Origin: Mobula hypostoma
Taxonomy: Eukaryota
Length of the DNA: 64,000 nt
Direction: 5' to 3'
Assembly: GCF_963921235.1 (NCBI RefSeq)
Contig: NC_086099.1
Span: 93,992,001-94,056,000 of the forward strand
Numbering within the stretch: position 1 is the stretch's first letter; each line of letters begins with the position of its first letter. A program made the translations under genes and the position numbers. Below, piece by piece: positions 48,992-62,039 of the stretch. The notes under the pieces were generated by a model, which was given only the letters and a program-made list of their open reading frames with translations, did not search any database and was not told the origin of the DNA.

Positions 48992-49854
48992 CTGTCAAAG
49001 CAATTGAATTGCACAAGTTTAACATGCAAGCTCTATATCCACATTTACACAATTTTAAAAATATACCAAAGTGGCCATTATCAAATTTGCAGTAACATCT
49101 TTGACCTAACTCAGTAAAACCTGGACAAAAAAAAATTCCAGTTCCAACTCTGATTCTCTGCTGGTTGCAGAAAATGGGCTAAAGCTCATTTTGATTTATG
49201 GTTTATCCTATTCTCTTCTTTCACCCCTACAATTTTACCCACCTGGCCACTTGCCTCTAAACAGCCTCCTTCAGCAGAGAGGGTGAGGCAGTCCAGGCCG
49301 CAGACTTCTCCACGACCATCAATGCCGTTCCTTGATTGACCATCAGGAGGCACATTTGCTAAGAGGAGATATGAGCAATGTTAGTTTTTCCTCCTCTCCA
49401 AGATGGAATGTTGTGTTACCTGGACAAAAGCTAGCTAAATACTCCCCTTATCAAGGGTAACAACAAAAACCTCCAAACATAAAACAAGCTAATTTCACTA
49501 CCTTATAGAATTCTTTATAGAAATTTAGTGAGAAAAGTTTACTGGCTAATTCAAATCTATCCACAGATGAAGTACTTTGAAAGTACTTTTGTGGTGTCAT
49601 AAGTAATAATAAACTTGGTTAAGCAAGGCTAAAATGGTAGCCAACAGCACCAATGGAAACACAAGAAACATCACATGGCTTATAAAGCCTTAATACCCCT
49701 CTCATTGAAGTTTCACTGAGGTTTAATTTTTCTTTTGTCAATACGTCCAGCAAATAAATAAATAAGTCTTTAGTCAGTTTATTAACATTTCTCCAAAATT
49801 GTGCCACTTCACAAGAGTGTATTACCAGCCAATTAGCCAAATGCTGTAACTTAC

Positions 49855-50022
49855 TATTGTAGGTATCATATGCTGGAGCATATCCGTAGTTGTTGTAGTT
49901 ATACCCAGAGTAATCATAACCTCCATATCCATTGTAACCTGGATTGCTATAGCCATTGTTGTAACTACTATAACCTTGATTCCAGTAGCTGTTGTATCCT
50001 TGGTTCCAGTTCTGATTTTGTC
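49855..50022 (-). CDS. HNRNPDL: hnRNP D-like Gly/Tyr-rich prion-like exon
   Basis: 168 nt, symmetric phase 1; [17 protein letters not shown]...GYGGYDYSGYNYNNYGYAPAYDTYN. Confidence 0.94.
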
Positions 50023-51087
50023 CTAAAAGATAGCAAAACAAACAACTTTGCAGTTTCTTCTAAAGCACAAGATAATCCAAAATATCCAGAGGAAATTTAA
50101 AGTTCTCAGAAAAGCCAAAATATCGATCGTGTGCTCTGCCAAAACCTAGCAAGCTCCCAGAGAAGATCTCCACTACCAAAAGGAAATAGAAAGCTCAAAC
50201 AGGGACTCCAACACCAGTGTCAAAACTCCAGTTAAAACCATATTGTTTTTACAGAGGAGCATCGCTTATCAATCAGGATAACTACATATGAAGGTGTATC
50301 CCTTAATGACAAACAGCTAATTTCCCTAATAACAAACACCTGTGGAGTACCAATTTTGGAAAGTGCAAACGATCTCTTAAAAATGAGCACCTATATGAAA
50401 AGTAGTTAATTACATATTAAATCTGTACCTAAAGTTTAAAATGACAATGCATAACTTGACATTGGAACTGTGGAGAATGTTTGCTTTAATTAGAAATATC
50501 ATATCAAGAACAATAGCTTCTAAAATACTTTTCTTATTCGAAAGTAAATCCACAGCTTCAAGAATGCCACTATTACATTCTAAGGCCACCACTTGCCACC
50601 AACTAAAGCGTAAAAAGAGAAAAACTAGGTACAACCTTGGATTATATGAAAGTATCATTATAAATCAAATGAACTAACAGACAATGCTATCATCATCATC
50701 CTCCAAGTGGCAATCCACACTTTCTCCATCACTATAAGGAAAGGACAATCCTAATAACAAATGTTAATTTATCTTGTTCCTTGTAAACACAAGATCTGAA
50801 AACAAGATTTGATACATGGACATCTTCTGACAGACTTTCACGAACTGCATACTACTAAAACAAATCAAAGGATAAAGATCAACACAAATTTACTCAAATA
50901 TCCAAAACTATTCTCCCTCAAAACATACAATTCAAAGCCTTTCCCAACTAATAATAAAAGCACACAATCTCCCATGGAACAAGTGGGGTGGGGTTAACCA
51001 GATAATTACCTAGCGATGCATTTCTTTACTGTTTCAGTAAAGAAATAATTTCATGATCAAAACCCACTCGTCAGGAAATTAACTTAC

Positions 51088-51190
51088 CCCCTCTACCACG
51101 ACCTCTTCCACCAAACCCACCTCCACCTCTGCCTCCTCGTTGCTGCTGTTGTCTGTAGATTTCCTTGGGCTGCGCCACTTTAATTTCACA
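51088..51190 (-). CDS. HNRNPDL: hnRNP D-like exon (end of RRM2, Q-rich, RGG)
   Basis: CEIKVAQPKEIYRQQQQRGGRGGGGFGGRGRGRG; ag/gtaagt boundaries. Confidence 0.94.
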
Positions 51191-51569
51191 CTATTAAAAA
51201 ATTCAGAAGCACAGGTTAAAATATTCACAAATTACACACTAAAATTTAGCTACATAAAACTCAAACACAGTATTTTACTATGAAACAATTGGAAGCATTT
51301 CAAATAGAACTATAGGGAAAGGTTTGGTTCTTACAGGACACCTGCTCCAATTGTCAATTAGAGATCTATGTTCATAAATTCTAGATTTACTTTAATGCAC
51401 CATCCAGACATACAAGACTGCAGCTAAGACCATAAGACATAGGAGAAGAATTCAGTTATTCATCTTGAGTCTGTTCTCCCATTCCATCATGGGCGATTTA
51501 TTATCACTCTCAATCCCATTCTCCAGACTTCCTCCCGTAACCTTCGACGCTCTTATCAATCAAGAACCT

Positions 51570-52995
51570 ATCAACACAACACAGACAAAATGCTGGAGGA
51601 ACTCAGCAGGCCAAGCAGCAGCTTTGGAAAAGAGTACAGGTGACATTTCAGGCTGAAATCCTTCATCAGGACTGGACACAAAAAGCTGAGGAGCAGATTT
51701 AAAATGTGCGTGTGTGGGTGAAGAGAGAAACACAAGGCGTTACGTGAAACTTAGTGGAAGGATACAGCGGCTCCCACTTTGTCACAATGGTTTTCTCAAG
51801 TGATGCTATGTCTTAGTTTGGCGAAAATTAGAAATCAAACCTTTGAACCTATGTTTGATTTTGAGAAAAGATGGGGTTCACTTGCTCGTTATTATCATTT
51901 GAGTTAATTTATAGGTTTCCTCCATGATCTAATTGTAAGTTTTTGGTACTTTTTTTTCTTGCTGGCGGTTTGATATTCATCTTTAGAATCTTTTTGTATG
52001 ACTCATGGCTCTGGGGTTGAACACCTAATGGGAGTTTTTTCCCTCACTTTTTTCTTGCTTAGTAGGGTTTCTTTTCTCTTTTTTTTAAAATCACCAAAAT
52101 TTTTTCAATCTTTATAATAATGTTTTTTTTCTTGAGACATTGTAAGTGTTGCTTACTTCGATGTACTCTTGTAAATTTTGGATAATAATAAAAAGATTTG
52201 AAAAGAAAGGTGAAACCTGAAGGGGGAAGGGATGAAGTAAAGAGCTGGGAAATTGATCGGTGAAAGAGATAGAGGGCTGGAGAAGGAAGTCTGATAGAAG
52301 AGGACAGAAGGCCATGGAAGAAAGAAAAGCGGAGTGGAGCACCAGAATGAGGGGATGGGCGGGCAAGGAGATATGGTGAGAGGGAAAAGGGGGTGGGGAA
52401 TGGTGGTGGTGGTGGGGGTAGGGGGGTTGCATTACCAGAAGTCTGAGAAATCAATGTTCATGCCATCAGGTTGGAGGCTACCCATATGGAATACAAGGCG
52501 TTGTCTCACCAGTCTAAGTGTGGCCTCATCACGACAGTAGAGGAGGCCATGGACAGACATATCGGAATAGGAATGTGAAGTGGAATTAAAATATGTGGCC
52601 ACTGGGAAATCTGTCTTTTTCTGGCGAACTGAGCATAGATGCTGAACAATAGGACTTCCCATTTCGAACCTTCTTCCCCCCCACCACCATTCCCCACCCC
52701 CTCCCTTTGGTGCTTTTCCCCTCTTTTCTTTCTTCCACAGCCTTCTGTCAGATTCCCCCTTCTCCAGCCCTGTTTCTTTCACCAATCAACTTCCCAGCTC
52801 TACTTCATCCCTCCCCTCCCAGTTTCACCCATCACCTTGTGTTTCTCTCTCCCCTTCATCCACATTTTAAATCTACTCCTCAGCTTTTTTCCCCTCCAGT
52901 CCTGAAGGTCTCAGCCCAAAATTTCGACTGTACTCTTTTCCACAGATACTGCCTAGCCTGCTGAGTTCCTCCAGCATTCTGTGCGTGTTGCTTGG
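51570..52995. mobile_element. Penelope-like element: - strand 3' end with GIY-YIG C-terminus, plus inverted + strand pLTR
   Basis: PVATYFNSTSHSYSDMSVHGLLYC..EATLRL...GSLQPDGMNIDF; degenerate hammerhead motifs at 51637-51675 (-) and 52897-52930 (+). Confidence 0.8.
51755..52210 (+). mobile_element. L1-like LINE 3' end inserted in the Penelope element
   Basis: DTAAPTLSQWFSQVMLCLSL.KIR...FEKRW (L1 ORF2 C-terminus-like), T-rich UTR, AATAAAAAG tail; flanked by GTGAAAC on both sides. Confidence 0.6.
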
Positions 52996-53494
52996 ATCTC
53001 TATGTCCATTCTATCCAGGCCTTTCAATATTCGGTAGGTGTCAATGAAATCCCCCTCATTCTTCTAAACTCCAGCAAGTACAGGCCCAGAGCCATCAAAG
53101 GTTCCTCATACATTAACCTTTTCATTCCTGGGATCATTCCTGTGAACCAGCTCGGGACCCTCTCTAATGCAAACACATACATTCTTAGATAAAGGCCCCA
53201 AAACTGCTCACAATACACCATACGGTATAACCAATGTTTTATAAAACCTCAGCCTAAACAGAGTTAGAAAAAAAACATTGTCTTTTAAGAAGCATAACAA
53301 TAACTATAATCCAAACAGTTATTATGGTTCTGTAAAAACAATCTGGATTTTCTTGTATTCACCCAATGTTATTGACAAACAAAAGGAACGGGGAAGCAAA
53401 AAATAACATTTACAAAATGCTTTTCATGTCCCCATAAATTCTGGGCACAAACCCTTCCATCTTTCTTAGACTAAGGCAGTTTGGTAAAGGTACT

Positions 53495-54647
53495 CACGAG
53501 GAAATCTGCAGATGCTGGAAATCAAGCAACACACACAAAATGCTGGTGGAACACAGCAGACCAGGCAGCATCTATAGGAAGAGGTACAGTTGACGTTTCG
53601 GGCCGAGACCCTTCGTCTTGACTAACTGAAAGAAGAGATAGTAAGAGATTTGAAAGTGGGAGGGGGAGGGGAAGATCTGAAATGATAGGAGAAAACAGGA
53701 GGGGGAGGGATGGAGCTAAGAGCTGGACAGTTGATTGGCAAGAAAATACAAGGCTGGAGAAGGGAGAGGATCATGGGATGGGAGGCCTAAATTGAAATAA
53801 AGGGGGAGGGGGGCATCAGAAGAAAATATAGTGAGAGGGACAGAGGGAGAAAAAGAGAAAGAAAGGAGAAAAAATAAATAATAAATAAGGGATGGGGTAA
53901 GAAGGGGAGGAGGGGCATTAACAGAAGTTATAGAGGTCAATGTTCATGCCATCAGGTTGGAGGCTACCCAGACAAGATGTTGTTCCTCCAACCTGAGTGT
54001 GGCTTCATCTTGACAGTAGAGGCGGCCATGTATAGACATATCAGAATGGGAATGGGACGTGGAATTAAAACGTGTGGCCGCTGGGAGATCCTGCTTTCTC
54101 TGGCAGACAGAGCGTAAGTGTAGGATCTCCCAGTGGCCACACATTTCAATTCAACGTCCCATTCCCATTCTGATATGTCTATCCATGGCCTCCTCTACTG
54201 TCAAGATGAAGCCACACTCAGGTCGGAGGAACATCTTATATTCCATCTGGGTAGCCTCCAACCTGATGGCATGAACATTGACTTCTCTAACTTCTGTTAA
54301 TGCCCCTCCTCCCCTTCTTACTCCATCCCTTATTTATTATTTTTTCCCCTTTCTTTCTCTTTTTCTCCCTCTGTCCCTCTCACTATATCCTCCTCTGGTG
54401 CTCCCCTCCCCCTTTCTTTCTTCCTAGGCCTCCCATCCCATGATCCTCTCCCTTCTCCAGCCTTGTATCTTCTTGCCAATCAACTTTCCAGCTCTTAGCT
54501 CCATCCCCCCCCCCCCCACTTTCAAATCTCTTACCGTCTCTTCTTTCAGTTAGTCCTGACAAAGGGTCTCGGCCTGAAATGTCGACTGTACCTCTTCCTA
54601 TAGATGCTGCCTGGCCTGCTGCGTTCACCAGCATTTTGTGTGTGTTG
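53495..54647. mobile_element. Head-to-head inverted Penelope-like 3' ends (~1.1 kb palindrome)
   Basis: Arms 53527-54092 and 54122-54647 are reverse complements; both encode the GIY-YIG C-terminus and carry hammerhead-derived motifs. Confidence 0.9.
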
Positions 54648-54694
54648 GTGAAGGTACTATTGCTATGTGGGCAAACTTTCTGAACTACAGCTAT

Positions 54695-56260
54695 AGGACC
54701 ATAAAATACAGGAGCAGAACTAGACCATTCGCCTCCAAGTCTGCTCCAGCTTTCATATTGGCTGCTTTTTCTCAATTCCATTCAACCCATAACCCTTAAT
54801 CTTCTTACCAATTACAAACCTATCTCTGCCTTGAATGCATTGAATGACTTGGCTTCCTCAGTCTTCCATGGCAACAAATTCCATAGATTCACAACTCTGG
54901 CTGATGAAACTGCTCCTCATCTCAATTTTAAAGGGATGCCCCTTTATTTTAAGACAGTGCCCTCAAATCTTAGACTGCCTATTAATGGAGACATCTTCTC
55001 TGCATCCACTCTATCCAGGCCTTTCAGTATCAGGTTTCCTACCCTGGTCTTAAATTGATATGAAATTTGTTTTACAGTAGAAGTACAGTCAAAAATAGAA
55101 ATTATAAGTGCAAAAAAGGAATGATGAGTTAGGGTTCAGACTGTTCAAAAATCTGATGGCAGAGAAGAAATTGTTTCTGAATCAGTGTGTGCAAGTCTTT
55201 CAGGCTCCTGTAGGTACTTCCTCCCTGATGGTAGTGATGAACAGAGGGCATGCCCAGATGGCGAGGTCCTTAGTGATTGATGTGACCCAGCTAAGTTTAC
55301 AGCCCTCTGCTGCCACTTGCAATCCTGTGCACTGAAGCCTCCATACCAGACAGTGATACAAACAGTCAGAATCCTCTCCACTGTATATCAATAGAAATTT
55401 GCTAGTGTCTTTGGTGACACTCAAATGCATTATGAAGTAGAACGGCTGGTGTGCCTTCTTCCTGATTACACCTACGTATAGAACCTACTTTTCACAATGT
55501 TGACACCCAGGAACTTGAAGTTGCTCACATTTTTCAATGCTGACACCCTCAATCAGGCTTGGTGCATGGTCTCCAGACTTCCCCTTCCTAATGTTCACAG
55601 TCAATTCCTTGGTCTTGCTGACAATGGATCTAATGTTGTTCAAAGAGATTCGCCCATCATTCTTCTGAATTTCAAGTACACACCCAGAAATATCAAAATA
55701 TTCATGTTTAGCCTCTCATTCCTGAGCTCATTCTTGTAAACTTCCACTCCAGGGCAAACACATCCTTCCTTTGAGATGGGGCCAAAAACTACTCACAATA
55801 TCCCAAATGCAATCTGACCAACACCTTATGGAGCCTCAGCAGTATATCCTGGGTTTTATATTCTAGACCTTTCAAAATGAAAGCTAGTATTACAATTATC
55901 TTTGTTACTACTGATTCAACTGGCAAGTTAACCTTTAGGGAATCCTGAATAAGGGCACCCAAGTTCCTGTGCACCTCCAAGTTTGAATTTTATCCCCACT
56001 TAGAAAACAGTCCACACCTTTATTGTTCCTGCTGAAGTACAAAACCTCATACTTCCCTATGCTGCTTTCCCCACCCCCACCCCCCAAACCTTTTGCCTCT
56101 GCAGCACTACCTGTTCCTCCATCTAGCTCAGGATTCTCTGTAAACTTGGCCAAAAAGCCATCAGTTTCTTCATTCAGATCACTAATATATACAGGGAATA
56201 GTTGCAGTCTCTTGCCGAGCTCCACTAGTCACCCGAAAAGGATTTCTTTAACCCACTAAC
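54695..56260 (-). mobile_element. CR1 LINE fragments interrupted by a Rex1-like 3' fragment (~55045-55640)
   Basis: CR1 tail at 54695, LHKVLVRLHLGYCE peptide; ERILTVCITVWYGG Rex1-like peptide. Confidence 0.65.
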
Positions 56261-58410
56261 TTCTGGCACTCAGTACTATCTGGTGGTGGTTTGCACCATG
56301 CCATCTTGCACAACCAGCTGAACAAAAATGCGGCTTGGGTTTACTATCTCATCAAGAGCATCTCTGGCAGTAGTACTTCCTCAGAATTGCCTTGTAGTCT
56401 TAGATTTCAGACTAAGGTACTTCACGAGGGACCCAAATTCATGTTCATCTCAAGAACAAGACACAAGTTAACTTTAATGTCATGATAAAGCTCAGGAGAG
56501 TAATGAGACCAGAGTTCAATGAAAACACGTTCTTGTAATAATCACCAATGGGAATTTTTCTCTTCACAGATGCATGGATCAGCAATTTTTCCAATCAGTC
56601 TGCAAAGCAACATCATTCACAAATTCACCAGACCCACAAAGACAGACCAATGCAATTATAAATATGGACCAATCGCAACTCCAGGGCAGCCCACTCTACC
56701 CCCACCCCAGGCCACTGGTTCACCTCTGCAGAAATTGAAAATAAGCACTCCCATCAAGAAAGGCTGCAGTATTCTGAGCAAAGATTTGCATTAATATACC
56801 AAAAGTCAGTCCCCAACCTTGCCAGGTTAAATGACATCAGCAGATATTCATCTCATCACACTACATCCAAGTGAAACTTAAAGGATAAACACTCTGGATG
56901 TCTCATAGCCTAAAGGACAACAGAATGGGCACTAGAAAGAGAGATTCATCTCCAGAATGCATATGGGCTTCCTGCACTACACCTGTAATTCTACCACTGG
57001 GCTTGGACAGGGTACCACCCAAGGTAAAAAAAAACAACCACATACAGACTGTCAAAAGATGTATGGTCATCAACCACTCAGGACGAATCCTTCAAACATT
57101 TATTAACAATGGCACATCAGTGAAAAAACTCAACTGATATCACGGCTTAGGAAGGTGTTATCTGGTATTAGAATCTCGTCTCATGAAAACTACCACAAAT
57201 AATTAGTGAAGCCAAAATTGTGAAGTCAGATCATACAATATGGAAATAAGTCTTTTGACCCACTTGCTAACTTTCAAACACCAATATTAAGCCCATTGTA
57301 ATTCTCCCTCACAATCATTAACTTCCACCTCCCCCCAAATGCTACCAGTGAAATAAAAAGGTAATTTGCAGTGGCTAATCCACCAACCCTCATCTCCTTG
57401 GGATGTACAGAGAGCCAGTGCACACAGAGAGAACCCATACAGTCACAGAAAATAATGTGCACACTTCTCTGCTGCCCTAAATGGGACAATGGGTCAGATC
57501 AAGTGTTAGAAAATGTAGCAGAAAGCATTGTAAATATATTTGATTACAAAGACAGACAGTAGGCATGGGTAAATAAGGCCCTATGACACAAACACCAATT
57601 AACTAAAGTGTATCAGTCCATATATTTATGCCATATTTGAATGCAAAGAAAAACACTGAGCTCAGTAACTGATCACCAAGATATTACTCTGATTTAGAAT
57701 GAGAATTGTTTGTGTATTTGTCAATATGATTGCCAATTAAACTACTTCAATCAAATAAATTTGAGCACCCAGACAGTTCATAGTTCATATTAAACTAATA
57801 AGTCAGGGAAGTGGTAAAAAGCAGTGTAGACAGGGAATTAACTTTTGATAAGCAGTATCAACATTTAAAAGTGGAAAGTCACAGAGAAAGTGGCCACTAT
57901 GAAGAGACAGCTACAAAAGTGGTAAGCATTCGAGAAGATTTGGGAAATTGCTGAGATCAGGTTTGGGGAGGTAAAGAAACCCACAGATGAAGCATTGAAT
58001 TGTGGGCCAATTAAGATTTTAGGCAGCAACACAACAAGATAGCAGAACTGGAAGAGATTTCAGATAGGGAGGAAATAATCAGAGATTCAAAAATAGGTAG
58101 AGAGTTTAAGCTTACATAGCTCAATATAGATGTTAGATTGCAAAGTGTTGATGTAAAAAGAGACTTCAATCTTAGATACCCATTATTTTAAACATACAGA
58201 AGCAGTTAAGGTGGCAACTGATTAGTAGCAAGATGGTGCAAGTACAGTTATAAAAGCTCAATGAGACCAGAGAATTATATTGTGTGCAGTTTTGGTGTCC
58301 TTATCACAAAATATACTTGCTAGGAGATTGATTGCTGAGATGACAAGGCTGCCATAAAAGGAGAGATTGGGTTTGTGCTCGAAAGTTTAGTAGAGGGAAT
58401 CTAAATGAAA

Positions 58411-58700
58411 CGGGCAGCACAGCAGCGTAACGATTAGCCTAACACTATTATAGCACCAGCTGTAAGACTGAGGTTCAATTTCCACCAACATCTTTAAGAA
58501 GTCTGTACACTTTCTCCATAACTTTAGGTGCTCTGGTTTTCAAAGACATATGATTAGCGTTAGTAAGTTGTGGACAAACTATGTTGGCACTGGTAGTAGC
58601 GATACTTGTGGGCAGTCCAGCACTACCCTCGCTGATTTGATCTGACACAAACAACACATTGCACTATATTTCAATGTACATGTGACAAATAAAGCTAATC
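58411..58700 (+). mobile_element. Decayed tRNA-derived SINE
   Basis: GGCAGCAC.. head, GGTTCAATT B-box, TGTGACAAATAAAGCTAATCT tail. Confidence 0.6.
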
Positions 58701-58904
58701 TTGGATCTGACAGACAATTTGCCAGCAGGATGATTCCACTGACTGCGGTGCCTAGAATGACAGGTTAATCTCAGTTCACAGAAAATATTTAGAAAGTGAG
58801 ATGAGCAGTCAGAGGACTGTAGAGATCAAGACAATCACAAATAGATACACTTCTGGATGCAGAAGACTTCCAGGGGCTTGGGGAGGGAGCAATACATTGA
58901 AATA

Positions 58905-59455
58905 ACTTGAGGAAGGATATACTGCCTTTGGAGGCAGTGCAGAGGAGGTTCAGCAGGTTGATTCCAGGGATGAAGGGATTAACCCATGAGGAGAGATTGA
59001 GTCGCCTGGGACTATATTCGCTGGGATTCAGAAGAATGAGAGGGGATCTTATAGAAACATACAAAATTTTGAAAGGTATAGATAAGATAAAAGTAGGAAA
59101 GTTGTTTCCATTGGTAGGTGAGACTAGAACTAGGGGACATTGGCTCAAGATTCAGGGGGGAAAATTTAGGCAGAGATGAGTCATGGTCTGAGTCCACGTT
59201 CCCTCCCTGAGGAGAAACTGTTTTTCCCCAGAGAGTGGTGCATCTATTGAATTCTCTGCCCAGGGAAGCAGTTGAGGCTTCTTCACTAAATATATTTAAG
59301 AAACAGTTCAGTTTTTAACATAGTAAGGGAATTAACGGTTATGGGGAAAAGGCAGGTAGATGGAGCTGAGTTTATGGACAGATCAGCCATGATCTTATTG
59401 AATGATCTTATTCAATGGACTGGATGGCCTACCCCTGCTCCTATTTCTTATGTTA
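58905..59455 (+). mobile_element. CR1/HER1 LINE 3' end
   Basis: LEAVQRRFSRLIPGMKGLTHEERLSRLGLYSLGFRRMRGDLIETYKIL; CCTGCTCCTATTTCTTATG tail. Confidence 0.88.
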
Positions 59456-61003
59456 TCAGCCATGGCAGAGAAAGATTGAGGGGCCTACTTCTGCTTTCTA
59501 TGTTTCTATGGTTCCTCATATCAAAATAACCACAAAACTGATATTAATTTTGTAATTACACATCCAATTTGCAATTAAAACATCTGCAGTTGTATGAGAT
59601 TCAACACTCACCTTTCCTCTATTCAAGACCTTCATGCCCAATCCCCCACCCACTTGCCAAAAACTCTAATCAGTGAAGCAGAAATATAATTCTACCACCT
59701 AGACCAAGGAAAACAAGCACAAACTGAAGTGCTTCAGAAATGCATCTAAATCAGACCATAGAGTAGGCATCAGCTTGGCTAAGCCTGATTGTGCTATTTT
59801 TGTGTTTTATTTAATGAAAGATTAGCTGCTTACAGCTTCCTCACAAAGCAAACATGTTCCAATCCTCTAGGTCAGGACGCTGGGCCATTTACTCCCTTGT
59901 CCTCACTCAATAACCACTGCACTTTGAGTACAAATGCCTGGCTTTATCAGAATAAAGTTTGTGAGCAGAACATGGCAGGAATGGCAATTCAAAGATACTT
60001 ACATCACATTGTGCAAGGAGCAGCTTATTTCTGAAAAAGAACTCTTTGAAATTGCAGTTTGTCTCAGGGAGAGTCCAAATTTGTAACCCAGCTTTGATGA
60101 CATCTGTACCCACTACTGCAGGTACAGCATTGCCTTGAGCTGGGTCTGCACCAGTACTCAGATTAACCAACTATATCAGACAAGTTTCCCAGGTATCCAT
60201 CAATGACACCCTCAAACATCATTGCAGCAATGTCTTGCCTCCAGTCTACAGCTAGAACTCATCCTAGTCCTCGCCTACATCCATCACAGGTCACTCCTTT
60301 TTGAAGAACTTGAGCTGTTCTGAGATTCCTAGAAACTGCATAGCCAGAGCTACTATCTGTCAAGCATTCAGGCAGGTCAGGAGTCAAACCACGCAGGTTG
60401 CAGAAGATGCCAGTACTCGCAAACCATCTGTTGTTTATCACAGACCAAGAAATCAGAACCATTGGCAAGACCAGAATTCTGCCAAACATCACAAGTTTCT
60501 CATCCCAGTTCACATCTGACTAAATACATTTTTGGCTTCTACAACAAATAATGAATTCAACAATTTCAGGTAGCATCTATTCCAGCCTTGTTTACAGCTT
60601 TAGTTTTATTTAGCCCTTCACCCTTATCCCATTACTCCAAACTTCATTAATTGATCTATTGATCTTTGCCACACTATTTCAGCAAGTCTATTCCATGATT
60701 TGTGCAAAAGAATCTTCCCTGGACTCCAAAAATATTGTTTGTTGTCTGTGCAGAATCCCCCCCTGCCCACCAACAACCATGTGACTTATCTGGAAAAATC
60801 TCTCAACTCTTCAGTTCTGAGAGCTCTTAAACTGAAGCATGAACCATTTCTCTCTCCATTGGATGAAACCACCTATAAAGCAATTCCAACGTCTGCAGTT
60901 TTCTACCTTTGCCTGAAGATTTATTTATATAAATACTGTTAAGTGTTATTACACGAGAGCTCTTCCCAAAACTATTATCTTTAAATTGTATTACTGGACC
61001 TAC

Positions 61004-61135
61004 CTTGCTGGAGCCTATATTATGATACTTATTTTCCAAGAGCCTTTTCACTGGCTCTTCTTCCTTGAATGTGATGAAACAGAATCCTCTCCGCTCATTA
61101 GTCTTGTTGTCAATTGGAAGTTCAATGCCTTCAAT
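61004..61135 (-). CDS. HNRNPDL: hnRNP D-like RRM2 exon (upstream exons lie beyond the window)
   Basis: 132 nt; [44 protein letters not shown]; tag/gtaggt boundaries. Confidence 0.94.
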
Positions 61136-61340
61136 CTAGATGAAAATCAGTTTAGAGATATTTCATGCCTTTTTACAGAACTTGTTCAATTTACTTAAGG
61201 AAATTGCAATCTTGTGCTAAAAATTTGGAAACTATAACATAAACAAGTACATAAAATCAACTTGTAAATTAAATACTACTATATTAAAGTAACTACACAA
61301 CACTTACAAGTAACTATGAAATGAATATTAAGTAATAAAA

Positions 61341-61623
61341 GGGCAGCGCAATGGTTAGCACAATGCTTTACAGTATAGGTGACCCAGATTCAATTCCCAC
61401 CACTGTCTGTAAGGAGTTTGCACATTCTCCCTGGGACTGCGTGGGTTTCCCCCGGGTACTCCAGTTTCCTCCCACAGTCCAAAGACGTACCAGATGGTAG
61501 GTTAATTGGTCATTGTAAATTGTCCCATCATTAAGCTAGGATTTAATCAAGGGACTGCTGGGCCCTGTGGTTCAAAGGGCCAGAAGGGTCTATTCCACAC
61601 TGTATCTCAATAAATAAATAAAT
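61341..61623 (+). mobile_element. HE1-like V-SINE
   Basis: V-domain-like GCGTGGGTTTCCCCCGGGTACTCCAGTTTCCTCCCACAGTCCAAAGAC; CR1-related tail ending CTGTATCTC(AATA)n. Confidence 0.8.
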
Positions 61624-62039
61624 CGCAAGGAGCACTTCCACACACACTGGATACAAATCTGGTGTATTAATTTCATGCTGGATAAAAAAAAATAACATCA
61701 AATACAATAGTTTTGCTATTGCTTGCTTGGTGGATGGTTGCTGTTGATGCTTCTTGCTGAAATAAGTGGATGGGGGGGGAGGGTTGATGCTTTGCTGCCT
61801 AGTGTGTAGGGGGCTAGAAGGGGCTTTAGGGTTCTAACGTTGAAACTGTCACTCATTCTTTGGGGTACTCCTCTTATCATGGATGTCTGCAAAAAGCAAG
61901 AATTTCAGGTTGTATATTGTATACATTCTCTGATATTAAATGGAACCATTGAACCTTTTAAATGCTAGCCTAGTGACAAATCAAGTATACATCAAGCACA
62001 ACACGTCTTAAAAGAAATAGCATTTGAAAAAGTTGCTTT

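Noticed and set aside
48921-61135. Second hnRNP gene as HNRNPAB or a pseudogene
   Set aside because: The C-terminus GKASRG..HQNNYQPY and the position next to HNRNPD fit HNRNPDL; frames and splice sites are intact.
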